Below are positions 1 through 9,190 of a DNA stretch of 64,000 bases, one piece after another; positions within the stretch are counted from its first letter, which is position 1; each line of letters opens with the position of its first letter. Below the pieces are notes generated by a model. That model searched no databases, had not been told where the DNA came from, and saw only the letters and a program-made list of their open reading frames with translations. The stretch is from Bacteroidia bacterium. GTDB taxonomy: Bacteria > Bacteroidota > Bacteroidia > NS11-12g > UBA9320. The stretch is from assembly GCA_965216465.1 (NCBI GenBank), contig CBDCFW010000005.1, forward strand, positions 416,001 to 480,000, in the 5' to 3' direction. A program made the translations under genes and the position numbers.

Positions 1-60
1 GATGCTGGACATGGTACAAGCATAATTGGGGATCACTATTTTGTAGTTTATCTGAACTAA
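1..60 (+). CDS. 3' end of a gene truncated by the window edge (...DAGHGTSIIGDHYFVVYLN*)
   Basis: Frame 1 is open from base 1 to TAA at 58-60; too short to assign a function. Confidence 0.4.
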   Translation, partial: DAGHGTSIIGDHYFVVYLN

Positions 61-112
61 AACACACGATTACAGCTTAATTTCCGTTTCTGTTAAAGCA
101 CCTTACTTTGAC

Positions 113-823
113 ATGAAAGCTGTTTTACTTGTATTGACCTTTCTTCTATTGAATTATGCAAGCTCATTTGCTCAATTGGAAGTTGAATATTCTGGCACCT
201 TTGGAAAAACATTTATCAAATTTGAGCCCAGCCATCCAGAAGCCACACGAGTGGAAGAAGGCTCAGGCTATACTTACGGAATTGGTGTTGATCTAAACAA
301 ACCAATCTCCAAGAAATTTTTTATTTCCTCAGGAATTAAGTTGAACTACGTTAGCTCACGATTCTCGTATCCTGATTGGGACCAGCCATTTGTTGCCGAC
401 TCTTTACGCTATGATATAAATTGGCGTAAATTGTCAAGAGGTACACAAATGCAAGTGCCGGTTAAACTAGGATTAAGGCTCCAAAATATTGATATTGAAG
501 GCGGCTTGGTATACAGTTACACGTTTATTCGAAACTGCTATAGATTAGTCGATGCCGTTCAGCACGGAAGAATTCAAACCTCATCTTCAAACAACTCCAC
601 TCCATGCATCAATGAATCTCAACTACTTTATACTGCTTCAATCAACTATAAAGTTGGAGATTTCTGGCGGATAGGAGTCGAATACAACCAAGGGATTACT
701 GAATTTTATTCTTTGGGTGGAGGTTGTATCTTGCCTATCCCAAATATTAAACCTTCAGCAAACTATAAAACCCCTATTTATTGCTTGATGGTGCAAGCGT
801 CTTACCAGATTAATGCAGAATAG
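113..823 (+). CDS. Outer-membrane beta-barrel protein (PorT/OMP_b-brl_2-like)
   Basis: Signal peptide ending SFAQ; alternating beta-strand pattern; QVPVKLG and GVEYNQG motifs typical of Bacteroidota small barrels. Confidence 0.7.
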   Translation: MKAVLLVLTFLLLNYASSFAQLEVEYSGTFGKTFIKFEPSHPEATRVEEGSGYTYGIGVDLNKPISKKFFISSGIKLNYVSSRFSYPDWDQPFVADSLRYDINWRKLSRGTQMQVPVKLGLRLQNIDIEGGLVYSYTFIRNCYRLVDAVQHGRIQTSSSNNSTPCINESQLLYTASINYKVGDFWRIGVEYNQGITEFYSLGGGCILPIPNIKPSANYKTPIYCLMVQASYQINAE

Positions 824-852
824 GCACAGATTAGGTATATTTCACAAGACTT

Positions 853-1545
853 TTGAGAAACCTCATTTACATATCTCTTCTATTTCTTGGATTTAATAAC
901 TCTTACGCTCAAAAATCAGATTCGAGTTTTTTTGATGCCTACTCAATAAGTGCAGGTGTCAATTATAGTGACTTTAGCACTTATGGATGGGCTAATTTCA
1001 ATCGCATTTCTAGCTACCATTGGATCGTGCCTAGAAGCACCCCAATTGTCGGTCTCAGCGGCATCAAAGAAAACATCAACACAAAAAGCTGTTGCAATTA
1101 TTTTAGGGCTGAGCTATCAGTTTCATACAATCATTCTGAATTTAGTAACTATAACATCTTCGACACCATTTTCAAAGAATCAACTGGAAGTGCTCAACTT
1201 TTCTACACCTACCTATCTGGGCAGTACGGTTGGAAACTTGGAGATCGATGGCGACTTGGCCCAGTTTTTACAATTGGCGTGAGAATTGGTAGCTTGGTCG
1301 ATGACCAAAGCAAACCAGCTCTTTCCGATTTTGGATTTTTTAATCTCGAAAATGATAAATTCAACAAGAATTTAAACCGTTTTGATGCTTCCTTGGGTGC
1401 ATCAATCATTTTTAAACTCAACAATGTGTTTTTCATTGAAGGTGATTTAAACTATGGATTTCTCAAGCAAATTGAAATGGAAAATTTGCCAAACATTCAT
1501 GCAGCCAATGCCTCGCTGTCTTTAGGATATGTTATATTGAAGTAG
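853..1545 (+). CDS. Outer-membrane beta-barrel (porin-family) protein
   Basis: Signal peptide ending SYAQ; AGVNYS N-terminal strand; C-terminal SLSLGY beta-signal; TTG start. Confidence 0.7.
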   Translation: MRNLIYISLLFLGFNNSYAQKSDSSFFDAYSISAGVNYSDFSTYGWANFNRISSYHWIVPRSTPIVGLSGIKENINTKSCCNYFRAELSVSYNHSEFSNYNIFDTIFKESTGSAQLFYTYLSGQYGWKLGDRWRLGPVFTIGVRIGSLVDDQSKPALSDFGFFNLENDKFNKNLNRFDASLGASIIFKLNNVFFIEGDLNYGFLKQIEMENLPNIHAANASLSLGYVILK

Positions 1546-1588
1546 AACTACTTCAACACCTCTCCCCCTCTTAGTCGCATGAATGCAT
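1545..1588. repeat. Direct repeat copy 1: duplicate of the mvaA 3' end
   Basis: GAACTACTTCAACACCTCTCCCCCTCTTAgTCGCaTgAATGCAT matches 3129-3172 at 41/44 positions; first 29 bp identical. Confidence 0.9.
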
Positions 1589-1649
1589 ACTCCACGCGTG
1601 AATCAGAGAATTTTTTGAAGCCAATTTTGAAGACTACCAGGCCGTTATC

Positions 1650-2354
1650 CTAAAACTGCCAGCCATAACCTGCCCTTAATTGCACTGCGGAAGAACGGCG
1701 AACAACAGTCTCCTCGCAATCGATTCCTGAACAAAGGTTATACTTTGCAGAATGAAGTCCCGCTGAAAAAAATAGTTTCCCACTTTTATTGCGTTCTTTT
1801 CTTAAAAGCAAAGCATATTCAGCATTCACATCAAAACCTCCGGTTGTCCAATACACAAAGTCTTTTAACGTTCCTGCAGTAAGCGATACTGTACTTACAT
1901 ATCTGTTTTCAGGATTAAATTGAAAGGTTCCAATTGCACCTACATTATACTCTAGAAAATCTCCAATACTAATCGATCCTCTCAGACCTGCTGAAAAATG
2001 ATTGTCAATTCTTTTTTGAACCGATAAGCAATAAAACCCGCCACTGCCAGCATAATTATTTCTATATAGCCCCCCGATATCGTGAGAAATGACAATTGGA
2101 TTGAGCTCTTTAGTTAATGGATATGCCCTGTGATATGGTTTATAAATACCATAACTGATAAACGACAAAGAGTCAAAACATAAAATATGTTTGTTTTTGG
2201 TTTCAAGACAAACCTGATTTAATTCTTCCATATAGAGTTTACCAATATAGCGGTTACCAGAAGTATCTTTTAATTCAACAAGTTGAGCAAGTCCAACATG
2301 CGACGCTATCAACATAACAACAATTGCCAGATACCGCATAACTATAATTGCCAA
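1650..2354 (-). CDS. Hypothetical exported protein, probable outer-membrane beta-barrel with small N-terminal domain
   Basis: Signal peptide; VELKDTSGNRYIG N-domain; ends AGYGWQF (terminal aromatic beta-signal); true start may be the second Met (MRYLA). Confidence 0.6.
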   Translation of the reverse strand: MAIIVMRYLAIVVMLIASHVGLAQLVELKDTSGNRYIGKLYMEELNQVCLETKNKHILCFDSLSFISYGIYKPYHRAYPLTKELNPIVISHDIGGLYRNNYAGSGGFYCLSVQKRIDNHFSAGLRGSISIGDFLEYNVGAIGTFQFNPENRYVSTVSLTAGTLKDFVYWTTGGFDVNAEYALLLRKERNKSGKLFFSAGLHSAKYNLCSGIDCEETVVRRSSAVQLRAGYGWQF

Positions 2355-3082
2355 CCCAATTTTAAGACCATTTTGTACTCTGGATTCCAGCCTAAGGATG
2401 TATAATTAAATACGCGATAAACAGGATCGTAGCGCCGTTCAAAGTCTTCACCAACGCGCCGCAACACTGCCATTGAAAGATTAAACGACCTCCCTTTCCT
2501 CGGCTTGTAAAAACGATAGCCCAACTCTAAAGAATGACCGAATTTCTTATATCGATCATCACGCAAACCACTGTTAAGCATCAATAAATAAGCTGGCTCA
2601 TACGACAAGAAGGGTGTTGATCCAGCAGGTCTCAAATTAACCCTAGTTTGCAGAGCAATATGTGCTGTCAGTGGTTCATAGTTATACCAACCAATATCTT
2701 GCTTAAAACCGATTCCGATGCCATTCTGAAAGTGCTTGTTGTGGCGAATTCCATAAAACGTTTCAACACCAACACCCAATTGATCAGTTGCATCAAAATC
2801 CACTAACAAATTGGTTGTTGAATACCACTTCTTTTGACCTTCAGTGGCTAGGATATACTTCATAGAAGCCTTGCTTTCGTCTTCTACTTTCAATACTTGG
2901 TCTTTCGTAAATAACAACAGATGGTCTTCCGATGTGAGCAATTGCAAGGTATCATTCGAATTACGAACCACAATGCCTTTATACTCTGAGCCATTCTTTA
3001 ATATGATTCGTTTGTGATTTCCTAGCTGAGCAAAACACGTGAATGTACCAAGCAGTAACAATATGAAATTTAGTATCTTCAT
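2342..3082 (-). CDS. Hypothetical exported protein, probable outer-membrane beta-barrel, similar in architecture to 1650..2354
   Basis: Signal peptide; IILKNGSEYKG N-domain; ends KLGWQL. Confidence 0.6.
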   Translation of the reverse strand: MKILNFILLLLGTFTCFAQLGNHKRIILKNGSEYKGIVVRNSNDTLQLLTSEDHLLLFTKDQVLKVEDESKASMKYILATEGQKKWYSTTNLLVDFDATDQLGVGVETFYGIRHNKHFQNGIGIGFKQDIGWYNYEPLTAHIALQTRVNLRPAGSTPFLSYEPAYLLMLNSGLRDDRYKKFGHSLELGYRFYKPRKGRSFNLSMAVLRRVGEDFERRYDPVYRVFNYTSLGWNPEYKMVLKLGWQL

Positions 3083-3128
3083 TTAGGTCTTCTTTCTTCT
3101 CGACCGTGAAAATACAAAAAATTACACT

Positions 3129-3172
3129 GAACTACTTCAACACCTCTCCCCCTCTTAATCGCTTAAATGCAT
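3129..3172. repeat. Direct repeat copy 2 (functional 3' end of mvaA)
   Basis: 41/44 identity to 1545-1588. Confidence 0.9.
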
Positions 3173-4457
3173 CTACCACTTCGGCGTGGTGCGGGGTGTT
3201 TTTAATGAAGTATTTAACAATGATTTGCTTTTCTTCTTCCGTTGCTTCAAGCTGATTGAGAATATTGAGCAAATGCATTTTCATATGACCTTGCTGAATT
3301 CCAGTAGTTGTAAGGCTTCTCAATGCAGAAAAGTTTTGTGCTAAACCAACTGTCGCGGTAATCTTCATCAAGTCTTCAGCACTTGGGTTCCCCAACATCT
3401 GGTGGGCAAATTTCACCATCGGGTGCAGTTTAGTTATTCCTCCAACCGTACCTAAGGCCAAAGGCACTTCAATATAAAATCTAAACTCACCATCACTCAA
3501 ATCAACATGGGTCAAACTTCCATAATGACCATCTTTCGTTGCATAAGCATGTGCACTGGCTTCAATAGCTCTGAAATCATTTCCTGTTGCCAAAATCACA
3601 GAGTCAATTCCATTCATCACCCCTTTGTTATGCGTTACAGCTCGATAAGGCTGAGTCTCGGCTATCTGCACCGCAGTCCTAAACCGTTTTGCAAACGCAT
3701 CCGGTTCAATATCGGTACCTTCGACCATCGCTGCAATTGGAGAGACCACCTCACTTCTTACTAAGCATTTAGGTGTGTAATTGCTCAAAATACACATCAC
3801 CACTTCAATTGCATTAGGATTTAAACTAGATTCTTGAACTTCTCGCCTCAACACATCAGCAAACTTCTCTAAACAAGTATTTATAAAATTTGCACCCATA
3901 CTATCACAGGTTTCAAACTCCGCTTCAAGTTGATAGTAGTTCTGAATATCGTTTGTTTTATCAACCAATGAAATCGATTCAATTCCACCTCCACGCTTAC
4001 GCATATTAGCTGTAATGCCTTCCGTTTCAGTATGAAATTTAGTCTCAATTTGTTTGAACAATTCAAATAACCCTACTTTATCAGTTCCCTCCCACATGAA
4101 GTGAACATGACCTATCTTGGTGGTACCGACAATAGAAGCTTGAAATCCACCCTTGTGATACCAGAAATTTGCAGCCTTTGCCGCCGCAGCTACAACTGAT
4201 GATTCTTCAATAGCCATCGGAACACAATAGTCTTGGCCATTGATTAAAAAATTAGGTGCAATTCCAAATGGAACATAGAAATTCGTGATGGTGTTCTCAA
4301 TAAACTCATCATGAAGTTTTTGAAGCTTTAAATCTTCATTCCAGTACTTTCTTAATGCTTCGACAGCTTCTGATGAACCGTCAAAATAATTTTGAATGAG
4401 CCACTCAATCTTGGCTTCTTTTGAGAGTTTCGAATACCCTTTAATGAACTTACTCAA
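3132..4457 (-). CDS. mvaA: Hydroxymethylglutaryl-CoA reductase, class II
   Basis: IENTI, PMAIEESSVVAA, DSMGAN, THNKGVMNG and GIQQGHMKMH motifs. Confidence 0.93.
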   Translation of the reverse strand: MSKFIKGYSKLSKEAKIEWLIQNYFDGSSEAVEALRKYWNEDLKLQKLHDEFIENTITNFYVPFGIAPNFLINGQDYCVPMAIEESSVVAAAAKAANFWYHKGGFQASIVGTTKIGHVHFMWEGTDKVGLFELFKQIETKFHTETEGITANMRKRGGGIESISLVDKTNDIQNYYQLEAEFETCDSMGANFINTCLEKFADVLRREVQESSLNPNAIEVVMCILSNYTPKCLVRSEVVSPIAAMVEGTDIEPDAFAKRFRTAVQIAETQPYRAVTHNKGVMNGIDSVILATGNDFRAIEASAHAYATKDGHYGSLTHVDLSDGEFRFYIEVPLALGTVGGITKLHPMVKFAHQMLGNPSAEDLMKITATVGLAQNFSALRSLTTTGIQQGHMKMHLLNILNQLEATEEEKQIIVKYFIKNTPHHAEVVDAFKRLRGGEVLK

Positions 4458-4459
4458 TT

Positions 4460-5449
4460 TTATCTCAGTTTTAAGTAGGTGTTTGCTAATTTCAGACCTC
4501 TGATTTGAAGATCTACATATTTTCTTAAGTCCTCGTAATTACCCCGTGAATGTTTTAAAAAGGACGAAGCTTGACCATATACCGCATTGGTTTTAATTTT
4601 CTTGATGTGGTAGTAGCCATCCATAAAATCACGAACTCCACCACTCACAATTACTTCACCAGCCTTCCCTCCGTGATCTAGTAATTCGTTATAAAACGAA
4701 ACCATCTCTTCGGCCGTATGGCCCCAATTTGCAATTTTATTGTAGGCTTCGTGCTCCATATCTTCACTGCGGTGCATCTCAAGTTTACTGAAGTTTGTTC
4801 CGCCATGAGCTCCAAAGTCAATGGCAGCTAAAGGTAAGTTCATTAACGCCCTTAGCGACTCAGGACCAAAACCTTGACCAACTTCCTTTACCACAATGGA
4901 TAAATCCATATCTAAAAGCCTTGAAATTGTATCAATTGGAGGCTGCTTAAGGCGATCTCCTTCCGGTTGTAACCATTCTTGAAGTGGATTTATATGGACA
5001 ATCAATCCATCAGTTTCGGTTTTCTTCAATAACTCAGATACATGATTCAATTGGTTTTGTGCTATGAGTTCTTCTACCTGTGCTATTCCCAAATTGGCAT
5101 ATAGGGGATAATCTCCAATTAAACTTCGCAATTGAAAATCAGAAAGGTATTCATCATTGTCTAAAATTATTCTGCAGCTGCCCAATCCCATACCCATGCC
5201 GAATTCTCCGCATGCTCGAGCAAGGTTTTTGTTTATGGTTCCTGCTTCTTTAGTGCCACCGGTCATGCTACTTACCCAAACAGGAACTTTTAGCTGTTTG
5301 CCTAAAAATGGTTTCGACAAGTCAATTTGATCTGGATGCTCAGCAAATAAGGGCTCATAAAAGAACCTTTCGTCTTGCGTATTCACTACCGATTTAAAAG
5401 CTAAATCAATATGATCTTTTTTTCTTTCTGATGTTTTAGTGTGTCCCAA
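4460..5449 (-). CDS. fni: Type 2 (FMN-dependent) isopentenyl-diphosphate delta-isomerase
   Basis: RKKDHI, SMTGG, NPLQEWLQPEGD, VKEVGQG and SGGVR motifs; start moved to TTG 5449 just below a TATCTTCG -7 box (ORF track start is 5473). Confidence 0.92.
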   Translation of the reverse strand: MGHTKTSERKKDHIDLAFKSVVNTQDERFFYEPLFAEHPDQIDLSKPFLGKQLKVPVWVSSMTGGTKEAGTINKNLARACGEFGMGMGLGSCRIILDNDEYLSDFQLRSLIGDYPLYANLGIAQVEELIAQNQLNHVSELLKKTETDGLIVHINPLQEWLQPEGDRLKQPPIDTISRLLDMDLSIVVKEVGQGFGPESLRALMNLPLAAIDFGAHGGTNFSKLEMHRSEDMEHEAYNKIANWGHTAEEMVSFYNELLDHGGKAGEVIVSGGVRDFMDGYYHIKKIKTNAVYGQASSFLKHSRGNYEDLRKYVDLQIRGLKLANTYLKLR

Positions 5450-5485
5450 AGCTGCGAAGATAATGTTAAGCAATAGAATGAATAA

Positions 5486-8338
5486 TTGGAATTAGATTAT
5501 TTAAATTGCAAAGCCATTAAAGCAATAAAACACATAGGGGGGTTAATTGTTTCCTTGCTCATCTTTGCATCGAGTTTTGCACAGCAACCACTTTACACGC
5601 AGTTAGGGAACAACCAAACACTCAACGGAGTCGAAATTTATGGAATGTCGCAAGACCGTTTGAAGAACATTTGGCTCACCACAAGTAATGGTCTATACAA
5701 ATACGACGGTGATGAATTTGAGAATATTAAGAATGAATCATTAATCACAAATGAGTTTTTTCAACCCTTCTTTACACCTTCAAACCGTTTTTACTTCACA
5801 GATATTTCAGGTGATATTTTTACCTTGAAAGACGATAAGATAACACCTTTTCTTCAACTATCAATTCGAGGTTTAGATTTGGATGGAGGCATGTTGGTGT
5901 CGGGCGAATACCTCTATGTAAAATCTAAAGACAGCCTTTTTCAAATAGACTCTAATGGAATCAAAGAGGCAATTTTTGGTTATAAATCGGCCTTTGCTGG
6001 AACACGAATAAAAATTCAAAAAGAGAGGTCAGAAATAACCATTTACACCAAAAATCACGCTGAAGAAATTTACATCAAAGGGAATGAAGTTAAAATTTCT
6101 AAAAACACGAAAAATCCCAATTATACAGCTGCACGACTCGAGCTACATGTAATAACTAATCACCACAACTTTCATGTAGAAAGCGATGCCATCAGATTCT
6201 CGAATCTTAATCATTTAGGGCCTTACATGGTCGATAAGTCCGGAAACCGATGGAAGGCTTTCAGGAATAAAAAAGGAGTGTTTTTAAAACGAAAGAATCA
6301 AGAACAAGAAAACCTCATTTTTGAGGAGTATAACATCAATTATATCTTCGAAGATGTTGACGACAACCTCTGGATTGGAACCCGAAATAATGGTATCTTT
6401 TTAGTCTCTGACCTTGAAGATTTCTCCTTTGCTCGAAGCTCAGAATTCCATGGAATATCGAGTGACGACCATCACGTATATGCCATTTCTCATAACCGAT
6501 TTCACGCCTTCGACAAAAGAACAATAAGCCAGTCGTCGGTCTATACACGAGCAACAAGCTCAAACCTTTATCTATTTAACAGCCCTGGTAAGGAGATGTA
6601 TAACTTTATCCAGACTAATAAGCATTATGTCATTTACAGAGGAACGGAAGAGATTGCACGACATCCTAGTCAAACATCGCTCATCAAAAATCATAAATGG
6701 GTCGATGATAGCACACTTATTGTTGCAACCGTAAGAGGGGCATACTTATTAAATCCGTTTACAAATACCCTATTAAGGCGATTAGGCGAATCGCAATGGC
6801 GTTGCTTGGATGTACAATGGGTATATGCCAAGCAGAAATACTTAATTGCAAGTGCACGAGGTCTAAAACTGCTTACAAAAAATGGAAAATTTGAACGCGA
6901 TATTTTACTTGCGGGAAGCCCTGTTTCAATTGAAAACCTTTTTGAAGTCAATGACAAAATATTTGGGATAGGACCTTCTGGAATTATTTATGATATTGAT
7001 GTTGACCACAGCACCATTTCTGAAATTGATCGCGTAGACATAAGTTTTTTGGTGATGTGTCGTCAGGTCGGAGATAATATTTTCATATTAGATAAGCACA
7101 ATGTTTATACCTACAACGTCTACACATCAACGCTAGGAAAGCTTCCAATTCTTTTACCTAACGATCTTACCCTTAGTGGAATAACAGTTAGCAATGATAA
7201 CATTTGGTTAAGTACAAGTAAGGGATTAGTAAAATTCGACCTCGAAAACTTTTCCAACCAAGTCCATGTTCCAGAGATTATGGTTGACATGTTTGAGGGG
7301 CACTTTTTATCTAAGGTTCAGAATAATTCTCGGTTCAAGTACAATAACAACAACCTATCGTTTAAGGTTAAAGTGCGCGATTATAAGTTTCAACGGTACA
7401 ATAGAATTCAATACCAATTGGTTGGTGCCGAACCGTTATTTACCGAAACAGCGTCAAGCGATTTAATTTCATATCGAGCTCTTTCTCCTGGTCATTACAC
7501 GTTTAGAGCAAAGGCCATTAACCCATTAGGAGCTGAAAGCGAAACCATTGAATACAAGTTTAGCATCAGTCATCCGTGGTGGTTAAAGTGGTGGTTTTAT
7601 GTCGCCCTTGCTGGGGTGATAGCAGCTATTTATGCCGCAGTGTACTATAGCAGTATAAAAAATAGAAGAGAACGTCGACGACTTAAAACGAGACTCCGAG
7701 AATCTCAAATTAACGCCATCATGGCACAAATGAATCCTCACTTCATATTCAATTGTTTAAACTCGATTCAGGATTTAATTTTACAAGAGGATATAAAAAG
7801 CAGCTACACCTATTTAGGGAAGTTTAGTGAGTTGACGCGAACAACCATGCAAGACAGTCAAAAGTCTGTAATTTCAATCAATCGAGAGTTAAACAACATA
7901 GGTTTATATCTTGAGTTAGAAGCACTTAGGTTTAAAGACTTAAATTATGAAATCATTAACACGCTTAGCGAAGAGCAATGTGAATTGTTTCATATACCTC
8001 CCATGCTCATTCAACCTTTTATAGAGAATGCGCTGAAGCATGGTCTCTTACACTCGAAGCAAAAAAAGAGGCTTGAGGTTGAAATTCAATACGACAAATC
8101 AGACTTAATAGTACAGATTAAAGACAATGGAGTTGGACGAGAGGAAGCAACTAAAATTAAAAAACGTCAAAGTAAGTATCGGTCATTCAGCGGAGGTGCC
8201 ATTGCAAAGCGCATTAGCTTGCTGAATTATCAAAAGGAGATGAAGATAAAACTTAAAACTGTTGATCACGTGAATGAAAATAAACTTGGATGGAGCACCA
8301 TTGTAGAGATACGATTTATTAATTTTACCTCCTATTAA
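5486..8338 (+). CDS. Sensor histidine kinase: periplasmic beta-propeller + Y_Y_Y domain, one TM helix, LytS-type His_kinase + HATPase
   Basis: QDRLKNIWLTT and EDVDDNLWIGT propeller repeats; YRALSPGHYTFRAKA; AQMNPHFIFNCLNSI; IPPMLIQPFIENALKHG; DNGVG; exact start uncertain. Confidence 0.9.
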   Translation: MELDYLNCKAIKAIKHIGGLIVSLLIFASSFAQQPLYTQLGNNQTLNGVEIYGMSQDRLKNIWLTTSNGLYKYDGDEFENIKNESLITNEFFQPFFTPSNRFYFTDISGDIFTLKDDKITPFLQLSIRGLDLDGGMLVSGEYLYVKSKDSLFQIDSNGIKEAIFGYKSAFAGTRIKIQKERSEITIYTKNHAEEIYIKGNEVKISKNTKNPNYTAARLELHVITNHHNFHVESDAIRFSNLNHLGPYMVDKSGNRWKAFRNKKGVFLKRKNQEQENLIFEEYNINYIFEDVDDNLWIGTRNNGIFLVSDLEDFSFARSSEFHGISSDDHHVYAISHNRFHAFDKRTISQSSVYTRATSSNLYLFNSPGKEMYNFIQTNKHYVIYRGTEEIARHPSQTSLIKNHKWVDDSTLIVATVRGAYLLNPFTNTLLRRLGESQWRCLDVQWVYAKQKYLIASARGLKLLTKNGKFERDILLAGSPVSIENLFEVNDKIFGIGPSGIIYDIDVDHSTISEIDRVDISFLVMCRQVGDNIFILDKHNVYTYNVYTSTLGKLPILLPNDLTLSGITVSNDNIWLSTSKGLVKFDLENFSNQVHVPEIMVDMFEGHFLSKVQNNSRFKYNNNNLSFKVKVRDYKFQRYNRIQYQLVGAEPLFTETASSDLISYRALSPGHYTFRAKAINPLGAESETIEYKFSISHPWWLKWWFYVALAGVIAAIYAAVYYSSIKNRRERRRLKTRLRESQINAIMAQMNPHFIFNCLNSIQDLILQEDIKSSYTYLGKFSELTRTTMQDSQKSVISINRELNNIGLYLELEALRFKDLNYEIINTLSEEQCELFHIPPMLIQPFIENALKHGLLHSKQKKRLEVEIQYDKSDLIVQIKDNGVGREEATKIKKRQSKYRSFSGGAIAKRISLLNYQKEMKIKLKTVDHVNENKLGWSTIVEIRFINFTSY

Positions 8339-8342
8339 GAAA

Positions 8343-9101
8343 GTGGAGAACATAAAAGCCATAATTGTTGACGATGAGGAAAGTTCAAGAAATATCTTAA
8401 GCAATATTCTCACAAAGTATGTTGAAGGAATTTATATTTTAGACAAATGTGCTGATGTTCCCAGTGCTGTAGATTCTGTTAAAAGAGAGAAGCCCGATGT
8501 TGTTTTTCTCGATATCGAAATGCCTAATTATAGTGGATTTGAGTTTCTCAACTTCTTCGACAAAATAGATTTTGAAATCATTTTTGTTTCGGCTTATGGC
8601 GAGTACGCTCTTAAGGCCTTTGATGTTTCGGCGGTCGATTATGTTTTAAAACCCATTCAAATCGAAAAAATACAAAACAGTATTGACAAGCTTCGAAACC
8701 GAATTCAATTGACCACAATGCAAGAACGATTTTCGGCACTTCAAGAAAATTTGAAGCAAGACAATGTTCATAAGCTAGCATTACCTATGTCGGATGGTCT
8801 TGTTTTTGTGAATACCAGCGAGATAATATTTCTTATAGCAGATGGCTCTTATACCAACATCTTTCTGCTCGATGGCACTAAATATTTAGTGAGCAAGAAA
8901 CTCAAGTTTTTTGAGCAGGCACTCTCCGACAACCGAAATTTCAAACGAGTACATCGTTCTTCGATGGTTAACCTTTCGCATGTTGTTAAATATCACAAAC
9001 ATGAAGGTGTATTAAGCTTTGGCAACAATGGCAACATTAAGGTTGCGAGAGACCGTAAATCAGGTATCGAGAACATACTGCACCAGTTTAGCGGACAATA
9101 A
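8343..9101 (+). CDS. LytTR-family DNA-binding response regulator
   Basis: Receiver motifs IVDDE, FLDIEMP, DYVLKP; LytTR-domain motifs ADGSYT and FKRVHRSSMVN; 4 bp after the kinase. Confidence 0.93.
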   Translation: MENIKAIIVDDEESSRNILSNILTKYVEGIYILDKCADVPSAVDSVKREKPDVVFLDIEMPNYSGFEFLNFFDKIDFEIIFVSAYGEYALKAFDVSAVDYVLKPIQIEKIQNSIDKLRNRIQLTTMQERFSALQENLKQDNVHKLALPMSDGLVFVNTSEIIFLIADGSYTNIFLLDGTKYLVSKKLKFFEQALSDNRNFKRVHRSSMVNLSHVVKYHKHEGVLSFGNNGNIKVARDRKSGIENILHQFSGQ

Positions 9102-9115
9102 ATCAGAATAAGTTT

Positions 9116-9147
9116 TACGGTTTATGGACTGAAAACTACCGTTTATG
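9116..9147 (+). promoter_or_regulatory. LytTR-type binding site (two direct repeats, 21-bp period)
   Basis: TACGGTTTATG (9116-9126) and TACCGTTTATG (9137-9147); the 9-mers ACGGTTTAT/ACCGTTTAT with a 12-bp spacer fit the LytTR consensus [TA][AC][CA]GTTN[AG][TG]. Confidence 0.75.
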
Positions 9148-9178
9148 AAACGAGCGGATAACCTCAACAAAGTCTTTC

Positions 9179-9186
9179 TATCTTTA
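9179..9186 (+). promoter_or_regulatory. Bacteroidota -7 promoter element variant (TATCTTTA) for the candidate sRNA
   Basis: 7/8 match to TAnnTTTG, about 30 bp downstream of the LytTR repeats. Confidence 0.55.
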
Positions 9187-9190
9187 CACT

